From contig NC_042997.1 in the NCBI RefSeq assembly GCF_006345805.1, forward strand, positions 54,808,001-54,872,000: 64,000 nt of DNA, written 5' to 3'. A program made the position numbers and the translations under genes. The notes below the pieces were generated by a model that worked only from the letters and a program-made list of their open reading frames with translations, was not told the DNA's origin and searched no databases. Shown one piece after another: positions 63,303 to 64,000 of this stretch. Within the stretch, counting starts at the first letter, position 1; every line of letters begins with the position of its first letter. The DNA comes from Octopus sinensis. Lineage: Eukaryota.

Positions 63303-64000
63303 CAGGGTGTGATAGGTAAATTGTCACCATTTTATATTTTTGATTTCATGCATGCACATTGTTTGTATTTTATTTTGATGACTACACAGTATAGTATGGT
63401 CAGTTGGGCACTGTCTGTAAGAAAAACAGCAACATGACGCAATTCACTCAGTCAGAAATTTGGAAACAACATGCTGTGCTGCTTGGCATTCATGCCAGAA
63501 GTTCCAGTATGAACATTTCAGAGTGTTTGAATGTCAATCTGAGGACAAGTACCAAGAGTGATAAAAATCAAACAACCAGTCAACATCATGGTGTTTGGAG
63601 TGATCTCTAGTGATGGTGATGCTATGCCTCCATTCATCATCCCACAAGGCCTCAGCCTCAACACAGAGGCCTACATCAAGTGCCTGTATCAGGTAGTGCT
63701 GGCCTGGGTCAAAAGGGTGGCTGCTGAAAGACCCTCTGTCTGGCAACAGTACTCTGCACCATGCCACACCAGCAGGAAAACCCAGTGACAATTTCTGTGG
63801 TCACATCACCCCTAACATCGGGCCACCTAACTCTCCAGACTGCAACCCCCTTGATTATTATGTGTGGGGTGCAGTTGAGCCAGAGACAAACAAATTTCCT
63901 TGTAACATCAAAGACGAACTGAAGGTAATGATTATGGCAGCATTCACCAGCTTAAACAAGGAGACCATCCAGAAGAGTTGCAGGAGATTCTGAAGTCATC
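63303..64000 (+). mobile_element. Internally deleted Tc1/mariner transposon (maT/DD37D-like), running off the window end
   Basis: TA|cagggtgtgatagg 5' end. IMVFGVISSDG..PPF, WQQYSAPCHTSRKTQ and PPNSPDCNPLDYYVWG, with Asp as the third catalytic residue. Confidence 0.85.

Overview
AT-rich, repeat-dense eukaryotic genomic DNA. The SINE and RTE families and a cox1 NUMT suggest an octopus or other coleoid cephalopod (inference). Two protein-coding genes are supported, both on the + strand. The first is the last two coding exons of a novel-type protein kinase C (PKC delta/theta-like; 290-430, 1050-1181). The second is a complete 9-exon AHSA1/Aha1 Hsp90 co-chaperone gene (24217-53465, 342 aa, all introns GT-AG and phase-consistent). 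Its promoter has a perfect 3-unit heat-shock element and two tandem ETS/CRE composite sites. The rest is decayed gene copies and mobile DNA. Decayed copies are an internally deleted hsp70 pseudogene, a cox1 NUMT and a possible CARD-caspase remnant. Mobile DNA includes mariner and maT-like Tc1/mariner, Merlin-like and Chapaev3-like transposase remnants, several MITE families, Helitron-like non-autonomous elements, RTE, CR1/L2, jockey/I and Penelope-like retroelements, and many tRNA-derived SINEs. The most interesting signals are a minimal hammerhead-ribozyme motif in an inverted Penelope pLTR, a PHD finger inside the RT domain of the RTE family, Merlin-like MITEs near a Merlin-like transposase remnant, and several long fold-back structures. 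All family assignments come from remembered motifs, not database searches. Repeat boundaries are approximate.
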